DNA of 64,000 nucleotides from a virus (Duplodnaviria; Heunggongvirae; Uroviricota; Caudoviricetes): IMG/VR virus record IMGVR_UViG_3300027304_000003; one strand, 5' to 3'. Shown piece by piece: positions 60,990 to 64,000 of this stretch (position 1 is its first letter; each line of letters starts with the position of its first letter). The notes under the pieces were generated by a model. It saw only the letters and a program-made list of their open reading frames with translations, ran no database searches and was not told where the DNA came from. The position numbers and the translations under genes were made by a program.

Positions 60990-62942
60990 ATGAACGTACT
61001 CATCTATGATATTGAAACACTGAAAGAACTGTTTCTTATTGTTATATACAATCCAGAGAGTGATGTAACATACGAGTTTCAGGTGAGTAGGTGGACCAAT
61101 CAATTAGATGGATTCATTAGATTCACTGAACAACATGATGAGCATTATTGGGTGGGCTACAACAACTTACGCTTTGATAGTCAGGTTGTTGAGCATATAA
61201 TTAGGAACTATGAGAATTGGCATGAGTTGGGTGGACTAGAGATATGTGCTATGATAGCACAGAAGGCTGCAGACACAATACATGATGCTAATTATGATGT
61301 ATTCCCTGAATATAGAGAGGAATGGTTATCACTAAAACAGTTAGACCTATTCAAGATTAATCATTATGATAACAAGAATAGAATGGTCTCACTAAAAAGG
61401 TTAGAGTTTGAGATGGATCTGGAGAACATTGAAGAGATGCCTATCCATCATACTAAAGAGAACATGACACAAGACGAGATAGCTCTAACAATAGACTACT
61501 GTCGTAATGATGTTATGGCTACGTATGAATTCTACAAGGTAACAACAGGTAACACTGAACATCCACTATATAAGGATAATAATCAGATAGAACTAAGACA
61601 AGACATATACGAAGAGTTTGGCATTCCATGCTTAAACTATTCAGATAGTAAGATTGGTGATGAGATGATTAAGAAATACTATTGCCAAGAGAAAGGTATA
61701 CAGTATTCTGATCTACCAAAGAAAGGATTGTTTAGAACTGAAGTTAAGGTGAGAGATTGTATTGCTGATTACATATCATTCCAGACACCAGAGCTACAAG
61801 CATTCTTAAAGAAGGTTAGTAAGGAGCGTTTGACAATGAAAGATGAGTTCAAAGAATCATTAATGTTTTATGAAAATATATACACGTTTGCCAAAGGTGG
61901 CTTACATACAGAAAACAAACCAAAGGTATTTGAAGCTGATAATGACAACATTATTGTTGATTGGGATGTTAGCTCTTACTATCCAGCTATTATTATTAAT
62001 AATGGCAGATATCCTGGTCATTTGGGTAAAGAGTTTCTTTTAGGATATAGGGCTATGTTTGAGAAAAGACTTGAACTAAAGCCATTAGCTAAGAAGGATA
62101 AGAAGATAGCAGGTATTGTTGGTGCATTAAAGCTTGCAGTTAACTCTGTGTATGGTAAGTCTAGTGATATGTTGTCTTGGATCTATGATAGACAACTAAC
62201 GATGTTCACAACTATTACAGGTGAATTGAGTCTTCTTATGCTCATCGAAGCATATGAATTAGCTGATATACATGTTATATCTGCAAATACAGATGGTGTA
62301 ACTATTATGGTTAATAAATCATTAATAGATAAGATGCATGAGATTAATAGTTGGTGGATGGAAGCTACTAAATATGAGCTTGAACGCACTGATTATCAAA
62401 AGATTATATTCTCAACAGTTAATGACTATTTAGCAATTAAAACCAATGGAGAAATTAAAAAGAAAGGAGATTTCCTTACTGACTTTGAGCTGCACAAAAA
62501 TAAGAGTGCTAGGATTGTACCTATTGCACTGGAGCAGTTTTTTGTTAATGATGTGCCTGTGGCTACCACTATTCATAATCACACAAATATTTATGACTAT
62601 TGTCTCAGACAGAAAGCTAGTAAAGACTTTCACTACGAAGGACACTCGAAAGAAAACAGAACAGTCTACAATAAACTTATCAGATATTATGTAAGTAATA
62701 CAGGTGAGAAGTTATTGAAGGTTAAGAATGAGAATTCAGATAGCACAGCTGTTGATGTATCACAAGTTGAAGCAGGCGAATGGGTGATGAAAGTATGTAA
62801 TCATCTATTACCAGATCATCCTCTAGATAACATCAATCATGCATATTATATAGAGCGTGCTGAGAGAATCATGCACAAAATACAGTATGAAGGTAGAAAG
62901 CGTAAAATTATTATTAATCCTAATCAAATGACATTATTCTAA
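60990..62942 (+). CDS. 650-aa family B DNA polymerase with a compact phi29-like architecture.
   Basis: Exo I YDIET at residues 6-10, Exo II YNNLRFD, Exo III YCRND, motif A DWDVSSYYPA, motif B KLAVNSVYGK, motif C region ISANTDGV. Confidence 0.8.
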   Translation: MNVLIYDIETLKELFLIVIYNPESDVTYEFQVSRWTNQLDGFIRFTEQHDEHYWVGYNNLRFDSQVVEHIIRNYENWHELGGLEICAMIAQKAADTIHDANYDVFPEYREEWLSLKQLDLFKINHYDNKNRMVSLKRLEFEMDLENIEEMPIHHTKENMTQDEIALTIDYCRNDVMATYEFYKVTTGNTEHPLYKDNNQIELRQDIYEEFGIPCLNYSDSKIGDEMIKKYYCQEKGIQYSDLPKKGLFRTEVKVRDCIADYISFQTPELQAFLKKVSKERLTMKDEFKESLMFYENIYTFAKGGLHTENKPKVFEADNDNIIVDWDVSSYYPAIIINNGRYPGHLGKEFLLGYRAMFEKRLELKPLAKKDKKIAGIVGALKLAVNSVYGKSSDMLSWIYDRQLTMFTTITGELSLLMLIEAYELADIHVISANTDGVTIMVNKSLIDKMHEINSWWMEATKYELERTDYQKIIFSTVNDYLAIKTNGEIKKKGDFLTDFELHKNKSARIVPIALEQFFVNDVPVATTIHNHTNIYDYCLRQKASKDFHYEGHSKENRTVYNKLIRYYVSNTGEKLLKVKNENSDSTAVDVSQVEAGEWVMKVCNHLLPDHPLDNINHAYYIERAERIMHKIQYEGRKRKIIINPNQMTLF

Positions 62943-63130
62943 TGGACAACAAACATAAAGCAGCAGAATTAGTATTGGAATTCCTACCAATTGTAGGACA
63001 AGATCCATATACAGGTATAGATGTAGCTAAGAAATGTGGTAAAGTAGTTGCAAAGCTATTAATGAAAGCACAACAAGAAGGAGATACGTATGACTACGAT
63101 GAAATAGTTAAACTTATAGACACATTCTAA
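62942..63130 (+). CDS. 62-aa protein, unknown function.
   Basis: TAATG overlap with the polymerase stop. Confidence 0.5.
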   Translation: MDNKHKAAELVLEFLPIVGQDPYTGIDVAKKCGKVVAKLLMKAQQEGDTYDYDEIVKLIDTF

Positions 63131-63384
63131 TGGCAAAGATAAATAGAGAAAACATAGGCGACCATCTTGTTAGTTATCAACTAGAAATGGTTGGTAAGTC
63201 TATGCAAGAAGCATATATGACAAAAGAGTGGTACAGCAAATGGACTATGACTCAAGAACAACATAATGAGTTCAAAGCATATGCTGTACCATTAATGAAA
63301 AAGGTATTTAAAATAAACAAAGCAAGAGCTGAAGCAAACTTTCAATGGTTTGATTTAGAGTTTGGCCTACGTATAAAAGATTAA
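63130..63384 (+). CDS. 84-aa protein, unknown function.
   Basis: TAATG overlap. Confidence 0.5.
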   Translation: MAKINRENIGDHLVSYQLEMVGKSMQEAYMTKEWYSKWTMTQEQHNEFKAYAVPLMKKVFKINKARAEANFQWFDLEFGLRIKD

Positions 63385-63385
63385 T

Positions 63386-63787
63386 ATGCGTATATATCCA
63401 TCAACAAAAGTCTATATGGCTCCAAGCAGTATACATGGCTGGGGAGTATTTGCAGACAAGATAATATTTGAAGGGGACATTATAGAAGAGTGTCCCTTTT
63501 TTGATATAGGTATGCAAAATGGAGAAATATCTCCTTGTGTAATAGACTACAGATTTAATTGGCCACAAGATTCTGGTAGACAATGGGAGAAACAAGTGGT
63601 AGCTGGTGGGTTTGGTTCATTTTATAATCATTCAGACACAGCCAACGCTGCTTGGAGATCCAACATAGAACGCAACACGTTTGAGTTTGTTGCTACAAGA
63701 CTCATCCAACCTGACGAAGAACTCTTTGTATGGTATGGTGACATAACATATTGGAATGATGGTAGGAATCATATTGAAGTAAAATAA
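63386..63787 (+). CDS. 133-aa minimal SET-domain protein; putative protein lysine methyltransferase.
   Basis: GWGVFA...GDIIEE...FYNHSDTANA...EELFVWYGD matches the SET signatures GxG, NHS and ELxxDYG. Confidence 0.6.
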   Translation: MRIYPSTKVYMAPSSIHGWGVFADKIIFEGDIIEECPFFDIGMQNGEISPCVIDYRFNWPQDSGRQWEKQVVAGGFGSFYNHSDTANAAWRSNIERNTFEFVATRLIQPDEELFVWYGDITYWNDGRNHIEVK

Positions 63788-63799
63788 AAAAACACAATT

Positions 63800-64000
63800 A
63801 TGGGAGCAAGTTGGTTTGAAATGACAGCATATGGTAAAACATTATCAGATGCATATACTAATGCTGTTGCAGAGGCAGAAGTAGAATCAGGAAATGATTC
63901 ATATAATGGTACAATTAGTACAACACATACAATTGATGACCTTACAGATCAATTTAGAAGAAGTAAGAAAAGCTTTGATGAGTATGTAAAGATGCAACAA
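63800..64000 (+). CDS. 5' part of an ORF (MGASWFEMTAYGKTLSDAYTNAVAEAEVESGND...) that runs off the window end.
   Basis: Open frame with no stop to position 64000. Confidence 0.5.
   Translation, partial: MGASWFEMTAYGKTLSDAYTNAVAEAEVESGNDSYNGTISTTHTIDDLTDQFRRSKKSFDEYVKMQQ

Noticed and set aside
60990-62942. Protein-primed replication implied by the phi29-like polymerase architecture.
   Set aside because: No terminal-protein-sized gene is adjacent and no inverted terminal repeats are visible in the window. The compact PolB alone is insufficient evidence.
1-64000. Stop-codon recoding (TAG/TGA reassignment), as seen in some crAss-like phages.
   Set aside because: All long structural ORFs are continuous under the standard code. 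The apparent gap in ORF calls at 1-4457 is a window-edge artefact, not a sign of recoding.
1-64000. Diversity-generating retroelement near the fibre genes.
   Set aside because: No reverse-transcriptase-like ORF (YxDD) is present, and no template/variable repeat pair was noticed around the fibre C-termini.

Overview
The window is an AT-rich dsDNA phage genome segment of about 64 kb. Start contexts lack Shine-Dalgarno sequences and carry A/C-rich leaders, which fits a Bacteroidota-infecting phage, and the gene content resembles crAss-like podoviruses. There are no rRNA or tRNA genes, CRISPR arrays, integrase or other cellular genes. The genes form two divergent blocks. (1) Positions 1-54860 on the minus strand are a tightly packed virion/packaging module. 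In transcription order it runs from small DNA-binding proteins (winged-helix-like, HU/IHF-like, a Cys4 zinc-finger protein) to a large terminase candidate and a portal candidate. Next come an SPFH/band-7 domain protein, an acidic scaffold-like protein and a major-capsid candidate, followed by several structural proteins. A fibre/appendage set follows: a tail-collar-domain protein, a collagen-like fibre with a C-terminal S74 self-cleaving chaperone, a BNR/Asp-box propeller protein, and a calcineurin-like phosphoesterase. Then come a 1696-aa tail protein and a contiguous block of about 26 kb of giant virion proteins of 582, 1033, 902, 4306 and at least 1485 aa; the last runs off the window start. 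The 4306-aa protein carries a DFDID (DxDxD) motif of the kind that binds catalytic metal in the beta-prime subunit of RNA polymerases, and an HExxH zincin motif. I interpret it as a giant virion-packaged RNA polymerase/ejected multidomain protein of the crAss-like type, possibly a fusion. (2) Positions 55526-64000 on the plus strand are an early/replication module. It has many small ORFs, two strongly acidic proteins that could be DNA mimics, small membrane proteins, and a compact family B DNA polymerase with Exo I at the extreme N-terminus. It also encodes a minimal SET-domain protein, a putative lysine methyltransferase. Between the blocks (54861-55525) lies a complex divergent regulatory region. 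It contains C6-7 homopolymer tracts (TAGCCCCCCTA twice), two paired 8-bp palindromes, a 10-bp inverted repeat and two 18-bp direct repeats with a palindromic AAGCTATAGCTT core. Several intrinsic-terminator hairpins and a long-range 14-bp inverted repeat (candidate structured RNA) are also described. Product calls rest on motifs read by eye. Coding calls for the long ORFs are confident; functional names are moderate to low confidence.
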